Positions 52,117-61,686 of a stretch of 64,000 bases of DNA are shown here, piece by piece; the stretch's first letter is position 1, and every line of letters begins with the position of its first letter. Location: assembly GCA_965219095.1 (NCBI GenBank), contig CBDCMT010000001.1, positions 256,001 to 320,000 on the forward strand. Direction: 5' to 3'. The position numbers were made by a program, and so were the translations under genes. A model generated the notes under the pieces. The model was not told the DNA's origin. It saw only the letters and a program-made list of their open reading frames with translations, and did no database searches. The DNA is from Bdellovibrionales bacterium. Its GTDB lineage: Bacteria; Bdellovibrionota; Bdellovibrionia; Bdellovibrionales; UBA1609.

Positions 52117-52938
52117 CTAAATGCCAGCTCCTTCATAATGCTTCACTCCTCTCCTCCAAAGGAATCTGTAAAAGAGAACCATACAAAGAATCCAAAACAA
52201 AAGAATAAAAAAATCCATTATAAAATTATCTCTTACACCTAAGAAATAGCTTGCAGGAACATAAGTCATATAGGGAAAGGGAGTGAAATTTAAAAAAAAT
52301 ACCAGCTTTTCAGGAAAGATCTCTAAGGGGAAAAATCCTCCAGAGCAAAAATTAGCTAAAATCAAAAGCAAAGCCCTCAAACTCCAAGTCTCCTCCATCC
52401 AAAAAGCTACAAGCCCTATGCAAAACTGGATCATAAACCACAAAACACTTACCAAAAGACAGATCAACAAACCTTTCAAAAAAGAAGCCCACAGCAGTGA
52501 AAAAAACCCTAAGAAAAAACTTAAAAGCAAGACAAACCCTGTAGGTAGCAGTTGTAAAGTTTGATAAGCTATAAAATCACAAGTGTGATGCTTCCAAAAC
52601 TGAAAAGGCCTTACAAGATAAGTTGAAATCCGTCCTTTTCTTATCTCTTCTGAGAGATTTATGCTATCATGACCTTTAGCCAAAAAACCCACAATCAAAA
52701 CCCAAAAATGGTAATGAAGCATCTCAGTTAAAGTGTAGCCTTGTATGATCTCTGCTTGAGCTGTCATATAAGTTGTTTTCCAAAGACTGTACTTAATAAA
52801 AAAGAAACTCACACCAGGAACAATAGCTGTAAGAAAAAAATCCAACTTATAAACTGTTTTATTGGTGAGAAGAACTTCAAAAGTAACTAGCCATTTAAAC
52901 CCTTCAAAAGCTATTTTTTGTCTTGCTAAAAAAAACAT
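52117..52938 (-). CDS. ABC-2 family transporter permease (DUF990-like)
   Basis: IRKGRISTYLVRP, SGGFFPL.IFP, WRRGVKHYEGAG. Confidence 0.88.
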   Translation of the reverse strand: MFFLARQKIAFEGFKWLVTFEVLLTNKTVYKLDFFLTAIVPGVSFFFIKYSLWKTTYMTAQAEIIQGYTLTEMLHYHFWVLIVGFLAKGHDSINLSEEIRKGRISTYLVRPFQFWKHHTCDFIAYQTLQLLPTGFVLLLSFFLGFFSLLWASFLKGLLICLLVSVLWFMIQFCIGLVAFWMEETWSLRALLLILANFCSGGFFPLEIFPEKLVFFLNFTPFPYMTYVPASYFLGVRDNFIMDFFILLFWILCMVLFYRFLWRRGVKHYEGAGI

Positions 52939-52939
52939 G

Positions 52940-53926
52940 TCAAGGGTTTCTTAAAAGATGGGGGTTGTTAAATAAAGTTTCCGTTACTCTTTCTATAGGA
53001 AGATTCTCTGTTTGAAAATCAGTTACAGGAAAATGTTTTAAAATCTCTTGAGAGACATCTCTTAATTTCTCTAAGGGAATTTGCAGACTCACTTGTTTTT
53101 TATCTTCACTCCACTTAGGTTTAAAAGAACTTAAAAACTCTAAGTTATGATTCACTATAGGTTCAGAAAAAAAGAACGTTAGAAGTTTTTCAGAACCTAG
53201 TATATTGACAAACTTGTCCATAGAATCATCAAAAAACTTACGTCCCTGCATGATAAGGACAATGCGAGGACAAAGAGCATCAATATCAGCCATGTAATGA
53301 GAAGTCAAAATGATAGTCGGCTTATGCTCCCTGTGATAGTCCCTTAAAAACTGCCTTACATTTTTTTGAGCAATTAAGTCCAAACCTATAGTAGGTTCAT
53401 CTAAAAAGATCATCTCAGGGTTATGAAGCAAACAGGACATAAGTTCAAACTTCATCCTCTCCCCTAAGGAAAGTTTTCTTACATTCACATGCAAAAAACT
53501 TTCAATTCTTAAAATATCACAAAAATAATCCACTCTTTTTTTAAACACAGGGTCTGGGATTTGATAGTACTTTTGAAACAACTTGAGAGACTCATAAGGA
53601 GGTAAATCCCAGAACATCTGAAACTTCTGTCCCATCACAAGAGAGATTTTTTGACGAAAATTGTTATGCCTCTCATAGGGAACAAAACCCAGAACCTCTA
53701 GATGCCCCGAAGAAGGCTGTACAATACCAGAGAACATTTTCATAAGAGTAGTCTTACCAGCACCGTTAGGCCCTAAAAAACCCACAAATTCACCAGATTC
53801 GATAGAAAGGTTAAAGCTTTCTACAGCCTTCTTTTCAAACCACTGACGGTTGAAGAAATTCTTTACAAGGCTGGGACTTTTTTTATAAACTTTAAAAGAT
53901 TTAGAAAGGCTACGGCATAAAATCAC
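52940..53926 (-). CDS. ABC transporter ATP-binding subunit
   Basis: GPNGAGKTT, LSLGERMK, FLDEPTIGLD, TSH. Confidence 0.94.
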   Translation of the reverse strand: MILCRSLSKSFKVYKKSPSLVKNFFNRQWFEKKAVESFNLSIESGEFVGFLGPNGAGKTTLMKMFSGIVQPSSGHLEVLGFVPYERHNNFRQKISLVMGQKFQMFWDLPPYESLKLFQKYYQIPDPVFKKRVDYFCDILRIESFLHVNVRKLSLGERMKFELMSCLLHNPEMIFLDEPTIGLDLIAQKNVRQFLRDYHREHKPTIILTSHYMADIDALCPRIVLIMQGRKFFDDSMDKFVNILGSEKLLTFFFSEPIVNHNLEFLSSFKPKWSEDKKQVSLQIPLEKLRDVSQEILKHFPVTDFQTENLPIERVTETLFNNPHLLRNP

Positions 53927-54054
53927 TTTACCTATACTAGTCCAGAAACGCCCTCTCTGACAAGATATTTTCTCTTGACAAAGAGGATTTAGAATTTATA
54001 AACTGACAAAACCATGTATAGGTTGTATAAGGTTCATATTCGTTCTTATTTTCT

Positions 54055-55989
54055 ATGTCTCAAGTAGAAATCATCCTACCTGACAATTCCTCTTTGTTTT
54101 TTGATACTGAGCCTACAGTTTTGGAAGTCGCTCAAAAACTAGGTCCTCGTTTAGCCCAAGATACAGTAGGAGCTCAAATCAACAATTTAACTGAGATCAT
54201 AGATCTAAGACAGAAATTAAAACACAAAACAAGGATAAAAATTATTACTTTAAAAAATGAGGAAAGTAATGAAGTGATCTGTCACTCAGCAGCTCATCTT
54301 ATGGCAGAAGCTGTGCAAGTCTTGTGGCCTTCTGTAAAAGCCACCATAGGACCTGTCATTGAAAACGGATTCTATTATGACTTTCACAGTCCTGAACATA
54401 AGTTCTCTCTTGGTGATTTAGAAACGATTGAAAAAAAAATGAAAGAGCTTATCAAAAAAAATGAATCCATTATAAGGAAAGATATGAGTAAAAAAGAAGC
54501 TCTTTTAACTTTTAAAAAATTAAAGGAAAATTTTAAAATAGAGATCATTGAACAGCTTCCAGAAGACACTATTAGTGTTTATTACCAGGGAGAGTGGTTT
54601 GACCTTTGTCGTGGTCCCCATCTTCAAAAAACAAGCCAAATAAAGGCTTTTAAACTTCTTTCTGTGGCAAGCTCTTATTGGAGAGGAGATGAAAAAAAAG
54701 AATCTTTACAGAGAATTTACGGCACAGCCTTTAAGGACAAAAACAGTCTAGAAACCTACCTTCACAATTTAGAAGAAGCTAAAAAAAGAGATCACAGAAA
54801 GCTGGGTCAAACCTTAGATCTTTTTTTCTTTAATGTCTTGTCCTCAGGCTCTCCCTTTTTCAAACCCAGAGGAGCTATTGTTTACAATGAACTTAAAAAC
54901 TACATCAAAAGCATGTACAGAAAGTATTCTTACCAAGAAGTCATAACCCCCCAAATCTTTCAAGAAGCTCTTTCTCATCAATCAGGTCACTATGAAAACT
55001 ACAAAGAAAACATGTACTTTATTAACAATAAGGAACAAAATCTCTTTCTTAAACCTATGAATTGCCCAGGGCATTGTTTGATCTATAAAAATGATAAGCA
55101 TTCTTATAAAGACCTACCCCTCCGCATAGCCGATTTTGGCCGTCTTCACCGTCATGAAAAAAGTGGGGTCATACAAGGACTCATGAGGGTCAAAAGTTTT
55201 TGCCAGGACGATGCTCATGTGTTCTGTCGCCTCGATCAACTACAAGAAGAAATTCGTTTATTTATGGAAATGTTAGGCGAAGTGTACAAAGCTTTAGGAA
55301 TGACCTCTTATAAAGTCCACCTTTCTACACGGCCTAAAAAACATATGGGAGATCTCGAACTTTGGTATAAATCTGAAGACATTTTAAAAAAAGGCCTCAA
55401 TGATCTGCAATTTCCTTATCAAGTGGATGAAGGCCAAGGAGCTTTTTATGGTCCTAAATTAGATATTGTTTTTGTAGATTCTTTGAAAAGACCTTGGCAG
55501 CTAGGAACTTTGCAATGTGACTTTAACCTCCCTAAAGCCTTCCATTTAGAATACATAGGAGAAGACAATAAAGCCCATAGACCTGTTATGCTACATAGAG
55601 CTATTTTAGGTTCTATGGAACGTTTTATGGGACTTTACATCGAACACACAGCAGGGCATTTTCCTCTATGGTTGTCTCCTTTGCAAGCTCTTTTTATGAA
55701 CATTTCTGAAAAGCAAAAACACTACACTCAGCAGATCACAAAACTTTTCTTTGAAGAAGGTTTAAGAGTGGAATACGATCTCAGAAATGAAAAACTAGGG
55801 TTTAAAATCAGAGAAGCTCAATTGAAAAAGATTCCCTACATGATCATTCTAGGCGGTGAAGAGCTTCAAAAAGAAACCTTATCAGTTCGTTCTAGTAGAG
55901 GAGAAGTCAACAAGAACTTAAAGCCAAAGGAATTTTTAAAAACTCTTAAAGAAGAAATTAAAACTAAACAACCATCATTTTTAAATTAA
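54055..55989 (+). CDS. thrS: Threonine-tRNA ligase
   Basis: HSAAH, DLCRGPH, RDHRKLG, KPMNCPGH, AFYGPK, HRAILGS.ERF. Confidence 0.98.
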   Translation: MSQVEIILPDNSSLFFDTEPTVLEVAQKLGPRLAQDTVGAQINNLTEIIDLRQKLKHKTRIKIITLKNEESNEVICHSAAHLMAEAVQVLWPSVKATIGPVIENGFYYDFHSPEHKFSLGDLETIEKKMKELIKKNESIIRKDMSKKEALLTFKKLKENFKIEIIEQLPEDTISVYYQGEWFDLCRGPHLQKTSQIKAFKLLSVASSYWRGDEKKESLQRIYGTAFKDKNSLETYLHNLEEAKKRDHRKLGQTLDLFFFNVLSSGSPFFKPRGAIVYNELKNYIKSMYRKYSYQEVITPQIFQEALSHQSGHYENYKENMYFINNKEQNLFLKPMNCPGHCLIYKNDKHSYKDLPLRIADFGRLHRHEKSGVIQGLMRVKSFCQDDAHVFCRLDQLQEEIRLFMEMLGEVYKALGMTSYKVHLSTRPKKHMGDLELWYKSEDILKKGLNDLQFPYQVDEGQGAFYGPKLDIVFVDSLKRPWQLGTLQCDFNLPKAFHLEYIGEDNKAHRPVMLHRAILGSMERFMGLYIEHTAGHFPLWLSPLQALFMNISEKQKHYTQQITKLFFEEGLRVEYDLRNEKLGFKIREAQLKKIPYMIILGGEELQKETLSVRSSRGEVNKNLKPKEFLKTLKEEIKTKQPSFLN

Positions 55990-55999
55990 AGGAGGACAT

Positions 56000-56566
56000 A
56001 TCAGACATCGTAGTAAAAGAACAACTTTAAGAAAACCACGACAAGAAAAACATAAAACTAATCACAATATCAAAGCCCTTGAGGTGCGTTTGATTGATGA
56101 AACAGGAAAAATGGCAGGCATAATGTCTGCTTCACAAGCTTTAAATCGAGCTAAAGAGATAGGCTTAGATCTTATCGAAGTCGCACCTAACTCTCAGCCT
56201 CCTACGTGCAAAATCATGGATTATGGAAAATACAAATATGAACAAAAAAAGAAAGAAACTCAAGCTCGAAAAAAACAAACCATCATCCAAGTCAAAGAGA
56301 TTAGATTAAGATTACGTACTGATACTCACGACTTAAACTTCAAAGTTAAAAAAATGAAAGACTTTTTAAATGACGGATGCAAAGTTAAAACTACTTTACG
56401 TTTTTCAGGAAGAGAGTTGGCCCATAAGAACCAAGGCTTTGATACTTTAAAGCATATTGCTGAAAAACTTTCAGATATAAGTTTTGTAGAATCCCCTTCT
56501 AAAATAGAAGGACGGCAAATGTTTATGATATTATCCCCCGGACAACCTGCTCCTAAAAAAGGATAA
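56000..56566 (+). CDS. infC: Translation initiation factor IF-3 with probable non-canonical AUC start
   Basis: AGGAGG at 55990-95, in-frame ATC at 56000, open into the called ORF; LDLIEVAPN..PPTCKIMDYGKYKY, F.GRE. Confidence 0.92.
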   Translation: MRHRSKRTTLRKPRQEKHKTNHNIKALEVRLIDETGKMAGIMSASQALNRAKEIGLDLIEVAPNSQPPTCKIMDYGKYKYEQKKKETQARKKQTIIQVKEIRLRLRTDTHDLNFKVKKMKDFLNDGCKVKTTLRFSGRELAHKNQGFDTLKHIAEKLSDISFVESPSKIEGRQMFMILSPGQPAPKKG

Positions 56567-56640
56567 AAAAATAGTTGCACTGATATAGTTACAGTTAGGT
56601 AACTTTTAGAGGTTTAGCTCAGTATTTTTGAAATATAAAC

Positions 56641-56714
56641 TGTGATAGTTGTGACTTAATCATCGTAAGTCGGTTATCTGACCGCTCTATCTGAGCTTAA
56701 ATTTATACACTACA
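56641..56714 (+). mobile_element. Stacked terminal relics (IS481-like and IS66-like ends)
   Basis: Degenerate TGTGATAGTTGTGACTTAATC; GTAAGTCGGTTATCTGACCGC; GCTTAAATTTATACACTACA (similar at ~6845-6864). Confidence 0.55.
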
Positions 56715-56746
56715 AATTTTACCTTTTTCATTTGAATATAAAGTTT

Positions 56747-57895
56747 GGCTCCTCCCGGGAATCTGTGGGTGAAAAGTAGCTAGAAATCCCCCAAAAAGGT
56801 CATATTAATCAAAGCAAGAGTAAGACATTCTATCTTGTATTTTTGAGTTCTTTGAGGCCCTTACTGGCCTCTATCACCTCCGGTGATTGAACTCAAAAAC
56901 ATTCATTTTATTTGCTTTTATTTGCTGTGTTACATTAAAATTTTAAAAAAGAAGCACCTACTTCCCAGATGCCTTAAAATGTTATTCAAAAAAAAAAAAA
57001 GGAGGGAAGAGATGCTTTTGAAGACTATACTAAATGATTGTTTAAGATGGAAGTCTTTTGTATACGGAGACATTTATTTTTCAAAAGATAGAAAGTCAAT
57101 TAATGTTCCTATTAAGGCTCGTAAAAATGGCCAAGCTTTTTGTAGTGTTTGTAAGAAGCCCTGTTCAGTGTATGACAGAAGTAAATCATCACGGGACTTT
57201 GAATCCCTTCCTATTTTAAGTTACAAGGTGTTTTTTGTTTATTTTGTAAGAAGAGTTAATTGTCCTTGCTGTGGAGTAAAAGTTGAGTATTTACCTTGGG
57301 CAGATGGGAAGAAAAACCTAACAATTTTTTACATGAAGTATTTAGCAGACCGGTGTCGTCACCTGTCTTGGAAAGAGGTTTCTTGTAAGTTTCAGGTCAG
57401 TTGGAATCAGGTCTATGCTTCGGTAGAATGGGTCGTAGAATATGGTTTAAAACAAAGGGTTTTAAAGGGAATACAAGCTATAGGAGTCGACGAGATACAA
57501 TGGAAAAAGAACCATCAGTATCTCACCTTAATCTATGAAATAAGCAAAGAAAGTGTTCGTTTGCTATGGATAGGAGAAAAAAGAACAGAAAAGAGTTTCA
57601 ACAAGTTTTTTGATTTACTAGGAGAGAAGTCAAAAGATATACAGTTTGTGTGTTCTGATATGTGGAAGCCCTATTTAAAAGTCATAAAGGAGAGGGCAAG
57701 TCAAGCTTTGAATATATTAGATCGGTTTCATATCGTAGCAAGACTCAATAAGGCTTTAGACGAAGTGAGAGCTTCAGAACACAAAAAAATGAAAGAAGAT
57801 GGGTATGAACCCCTTTTAACAAAAGCTAGATGGCCCTTGTTAAAAAATGCAGAAAATTTAAAATCTTATGAAAAAGTAAAATTAAGGCATTTAAT
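56747..57895 (+). mobile_element. ISL3 copy 2, 3'-truncated by IS481
   Basis: Near-identical to 30862-32383; tnp ATG 57012. Confidence 0.92.
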
Positions 57896-58470
57896 TGTAA
57901 TAGACGTTATATGATCTGACAGTTACCCTTTCTGAGTTGATAAAAAACTGTCTGTCAGTTTTCGTTCTGTTCAATCATCTTTTCTAAAGCTTTCAAACGC
58001 TTTTTGAAAGTCTCTAAATTATTTCTTAGCCAGACCCCTCTAACTCCTGCAGGAGAAATAAAAATTCCTTTTTTCCTTAACTCATTGGACGCTCTCAACT
58101 GTCCATAGGCAGGAAGTTCTATAGCGATCCTTAAACAAGCCTCTTCTGTCGTTTGATCAACTCTGTTTTTTAAATTAGGCTTTCTACGACTTTGCTCTCT
58201 TAATGATTCTAAACCTCCTTCCTCTTTGAGTGTCTTGTAACGATAAAATGTATCTCTTGAAAAGCCCATCACCTTACAAGCTTGAGATACATTGCCTAAC
58301 TCTTCTGCTAATTGCAAAAGACCTACTTTTGATTTTATAATTCTTTCTTGATATGTCATTTTTGTTATCCTTTCTCCACCCTTTGGGGTGGTATTGTTTA
58401 TTTAAAAGGGTAACCTCTTTTCATCTCTTTGACATTTCGAGACGTGTCAGATTAAGTTGCGACTATTACA
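57896..58470 (-). mobile_element. IS481-family element, internally deleted (575 bp)
   Basis: TIRs TGTAATAGACGTTATATGATCTGACA / TGTCAGATTAAGTTGCGACTATTACA; ORF 57955-58359 is the HTH N-terminus (LGNVSQACKVMGFSRDTFYR) without the integrase core. Confidence 0.9.
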
Positions 58471-58830
58471 ACTAGCAAAATCCGGACCTATCCTTCTCTC
58501 TGTTACCTTATTCATATAAAAACCTCTCTTAGGCTCCACAGCACAGAAAACATTTGCTGTACCCTCTCTTTTATACTCATAATCTACTTTTTTTACTTCC
58601 GAGGGACGACAACCCGATGGAGGACGAACATCATCAAGTAACTGAAGAGGCTTTTCATCAATACACACAACAGGCTTTCCTTTAATCGGAGGCTTCTCAT
58701 ACACTTTCAAAACATCCTCCATCCTCTCTATAAATTCATCATTAAGCTCCGGTACACACCAACTCTTCTGTTGCCAAGGTTTTAGATCATGTTCTAAAAG
58801 AATAATCCTAACTTTTTCTTTGCTAATAGA

Positions 58831-60522
58831 CCCAAATTCCACGCTAAAAATGATCACTACTGGTTTTCATTTCTCTGAGAAGTTTTTTGTCAATAGCCTT
58901 TATGATATTTTCTTGAATTTTGCTTAGAGCAACTGTTCGAGACATTTGAATTTTTTTCTTTTTATCAGAAAAATAAACTTTGTACAGGTTCTCTAGCTCT
59001 TTTAATGCTTGAATTGGCGAAATATCCAAATTGTAGAGATGCAACTTTAATACGGAAAGCAGAAGATAAGATAAATAACAAATAAAAACATGAGCCACTA
59101 CTCTGTTGCAAAGCCAGTGTCGCACAGGATTTAAATTTGTAACTCCTTTTAAAATTCTGAAAGCTCTTTCTACGACATCTTTATCAAAATAAAATTTGAC
59201 CATATCTTTACCAGAAATATTCTTTGTAGAAAATATACAGGAGTACCCATCAAATTCTTCTGCTTTTTTCAGTTCCCGATCCTTGATCTTTCCTGTGGGA
59301 GTTAGATATTTTTTCAGCCCCTCCTTAATGGACTTGTTTTGAGATAGACAGTTTTGAGCAGCAACTATCTCATCATATCTCGCCTCTCGAATTGCATCCT
59401 TTCTTTTATGGTTGTAGCAGATTGCCAGTTTTCCTTTAACTTGGCCAAATGTATAATTCATGCTTTTAACGTAAAAAGTATTCTTGTTCAAAATTACCCT
59501 ATTTGAAACGTTTACTATAGAACCGGACTTTAAAAAATTTCGTACTGTCTTCTTCTCAACCTCTCTCATAGGAATTCCGCACAATGTATTCCAACCCAAT
59601 TCCCCTATGTAAGAAAGGTTTTTAGACGATGCTATACCTCGATCATACACCAATAGGCCAGAACGAAGATTGTATTCTGAAAAACTATTAACAAGTGCCG
59701 TCAATGTCCTGCTATCGTGAATGTTACCCTTAAAGGTCTTGTGAAAAACAGGAATCCCTTCTTCTTGAGTTACAGCAAGACCTATCTGAATCAGAGGACT
59801 CTTCCTTTTCCCATCTTTGCTGTACCCTAGTTTACCTAGTTGACATTTACTCCCATAAAAATAAGTGTTAGTAACATCATAGACAATTTTATTAGATGAT
59901 AACTTGTATTCTTTTTTAACATTTTCAAAAATACGTTTCTGCAAAGATGGAGCTTTAGATTCGTTAAGCTGATCGAGAGCTGAAAAAAGCCTTCTTTCAG
60001 TCAGCCCATCTAAGTTTAAAATGCTGTTTAAATCTGTTCGTTCATACCATGATGGCATATTATTGACGCTTCTGTAATCCAAGCAATGAGCATAGACCAT
60101 ACTTAGTATTTCATCTGAATAATTGCCAAGAACTTCGGGAAGACCAACTTTCTTCGCAAGGGCATGAAGAACAATCAAGGGACCACTGATCTTAACTTTA
60201 TCGAATTGAATGTTCTCGGAAGATATAGAGATAACACGCTTATGATTCACCTCCTTTCCAAGATATCTCAAGTACTTCTGTACGACCTTGCCCTTGACCC
60301 GGACATTTTTCACCTCTGCTAAATAAGTGCTGCCTCCTCTTTTAATCTTCTTTATAAAACTCATAGTAGTTACCATTATGGTAACTACTTAAAAATAGAA
60401 TGGCAAGAGCTTTTCACAGAAAAAAAGGGCAATAAGCCCATTTTTACTGGAAAACTTCCATCTTATGGAACTTATCTTACTGTTAGAGCAATGTAGTGAT
60501 CATTTTTAGCGTGGAATTTGGG
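58831..60522 (-). mobile_element. IS1634-family element B, intact
   Basis: Perfect 30-bp TIR CCCAAATTCCACGCTAAAAATGATCACTAC; flanks duplicate TAATAGA (or AATAG if the TIR includes the outer A/T). Confidence 0.93.
58844..60376 (-). CDS. IS1634 (IS4 clan) transposase, 510 aa
   Basis: YDVTNTYFYG, GYSKD, VYDRG, VERAFR.LK, P.RHW...RV.AHVFICYL. Confidence 0.93.
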   Translation of the reverse strand: MVTTMSFIKKIKRGGSTYLAEVKNVRVKGKVVQKYLRYLGKEVNHKRVISISSENIQFDKVKISGPLIVLHALAKKVGLPEVLGNYSDEILSMVYAHCLDYRSVNNMPSWYERTDLNSILNLDGLTERRLFSALDQLNESKAPSLQKRIFENVKKEYKLSSNKIVYDVTNTYFYGSKCQLGKLGYSKDGKRKSPLIQIGLAVTQEEGIPVFHKTFKGNIHDSRTLTALVNSFSEYNLRSGLLVYDRGIASSKNLSYIGELGWNTLCGIPMREVEKKTVRNFLKSGSIVNVSNRVILNKNTFYVKSMNYTFGQVKGKLAICYNHKRKDAIREARYDEIVAAQNCLSQNKSIKEGLKKYLTPTGKIKDRELKKAEEFDGYSCIFSTKNISGKDMVKFYFDKDVVERAFRILKGVTNLNPVRHWLCNRVVAHVFICYLSYLLLSVLKLHLYNLDISPIQALKELENLYKVYFSDKKKKIQMSRTVALSKIQENIIKAIDKKLLREMKTSSDHF

Positions 60523-61269
60523 TAATAGAGTCTACAATCTTGTTTTTTTCTGCCCTCTCTTTAATGAGCTCTAAAGTCCATCGATCAAAGCCCTCCGGAG
60601 GATCTGAGCAGACCATAGCTATAATCTTTGACTTTATGCGATCATCAAACTTTGGAGGTTTTCCAGGACGAGGATCATCTTCAAGAGCTTTTTTCAGCCC
60701 AGAATTCTCATAGTTTTTTTGGATGTTGAAAACAGTTCTAGGAGTTATCTCTAAGTAATCTGCTGTCTCTACGGCAGTTAATCTTTTGTTCCTTAAGTTT
60801 AGAACATTGGCTCGATATATGGCTCTTGGATTTTTAGACTTCTTTATAATTTTAAGAATTTCTCTCTTATCTTTTGGCTTTAATAAATTTAACATATGAG
60901 TATTAAAACATAATAAAAAAAAATTAAATAAAATGACCTGGATTAAAGGCTTGAAAATTGTGAAAAAAATTACTGGTCAGAACACTAGCCATTATTCACT
61001 ATATTCCAAGCACTTTCCAGCTGTTTTCCAATGATTTTTAGCTTTTCCCAAGTTGATTGAATAAATCATCTCAAATAGCTCTCATTTCAATTTGAGAAAT
61101 TTTTGCTTTCTTCATTTAGAAATAACCATAATTCAGAGAATTTTTCAACAAAGCCCAATTTAAATCACAGGCTCACATAATTGAAACCACAGGGGCAACT
61201 AGACTTCACTGTCTTCTATCTACTCTGAAAATCCATAATGTTTCATTCAACAAAAGCCACAGCATGTTT

Positions 61270-61686
61270 TCAAGCTTGATCTAAAAATTCCTCAAATAAC
61301 TTATCCTGCAATTCAAACATTTTTTCAGTTTCTAATCTACCTCCCTCATGCTCATATCCTAATAAATGAAGTACGCCATGTAGCATAAGATATATAAATT
61401 CCTCTTTAAAAAGAAAACCATGTTCTAAGGCTTGTTTTGAAATGACATCAGGACAAAAAACAAGCTCTCCTAAAACACCCTTTTCATAAGATTCAAAACT
61501 CAACACATCAGTCAGCCTATCTTTTTTTCTATAAGTCTTATTTAAGGCTCTTATTTCCTTTTTGCTTACAAGTACAAAAACAATATTTTTTGAGATATCA
61601 AGGTTTTTAAAAAAATAAGTACAAGCTTTTTCTAAAAAAGGTTTACACTCTAAAGAACAATTTGTTTTATCAATCCACTCAATCAT
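61270..61686 (-). CDS. ybeY: rRNA maturation RNase YbeY
   Basis: LN..YR.KD..TDVLSF, LGE, HGVLHLLGYEH. Confidence 0.95.
   Translation of the reverse strand: MIEWIDKTNCSLECKPFLEKACTYFFKNLDISKNIVFVLVSKKEIRALNKTYRKKDRLTDVLSFESYEKGVLGELVFCPDVISKQALEHGFLFKEEFIYLMLHGVLHLLGYEHEGGRLETEKMFELQDKLFEEFLDQA

Larger units (their letters stand above)
58471..60987 (-). mobile_element. IS630-family element type C, split by IS1634-B and 3'-truncated by IS481
   Basis: Left end CTAGTGTTCTGACC; halves 60895-60530 and 58830-58471 rejoin as ..KIVDSI|SKEKVR..LKPW..CIDEKP..DYEYKREGT. Confidence 0.88.

Noticed and set aside
60990..61265. Possible gene or ncRNA downstream of ybeY
   Set aside because: Multiple stops in the frames examined and no recognisable structure
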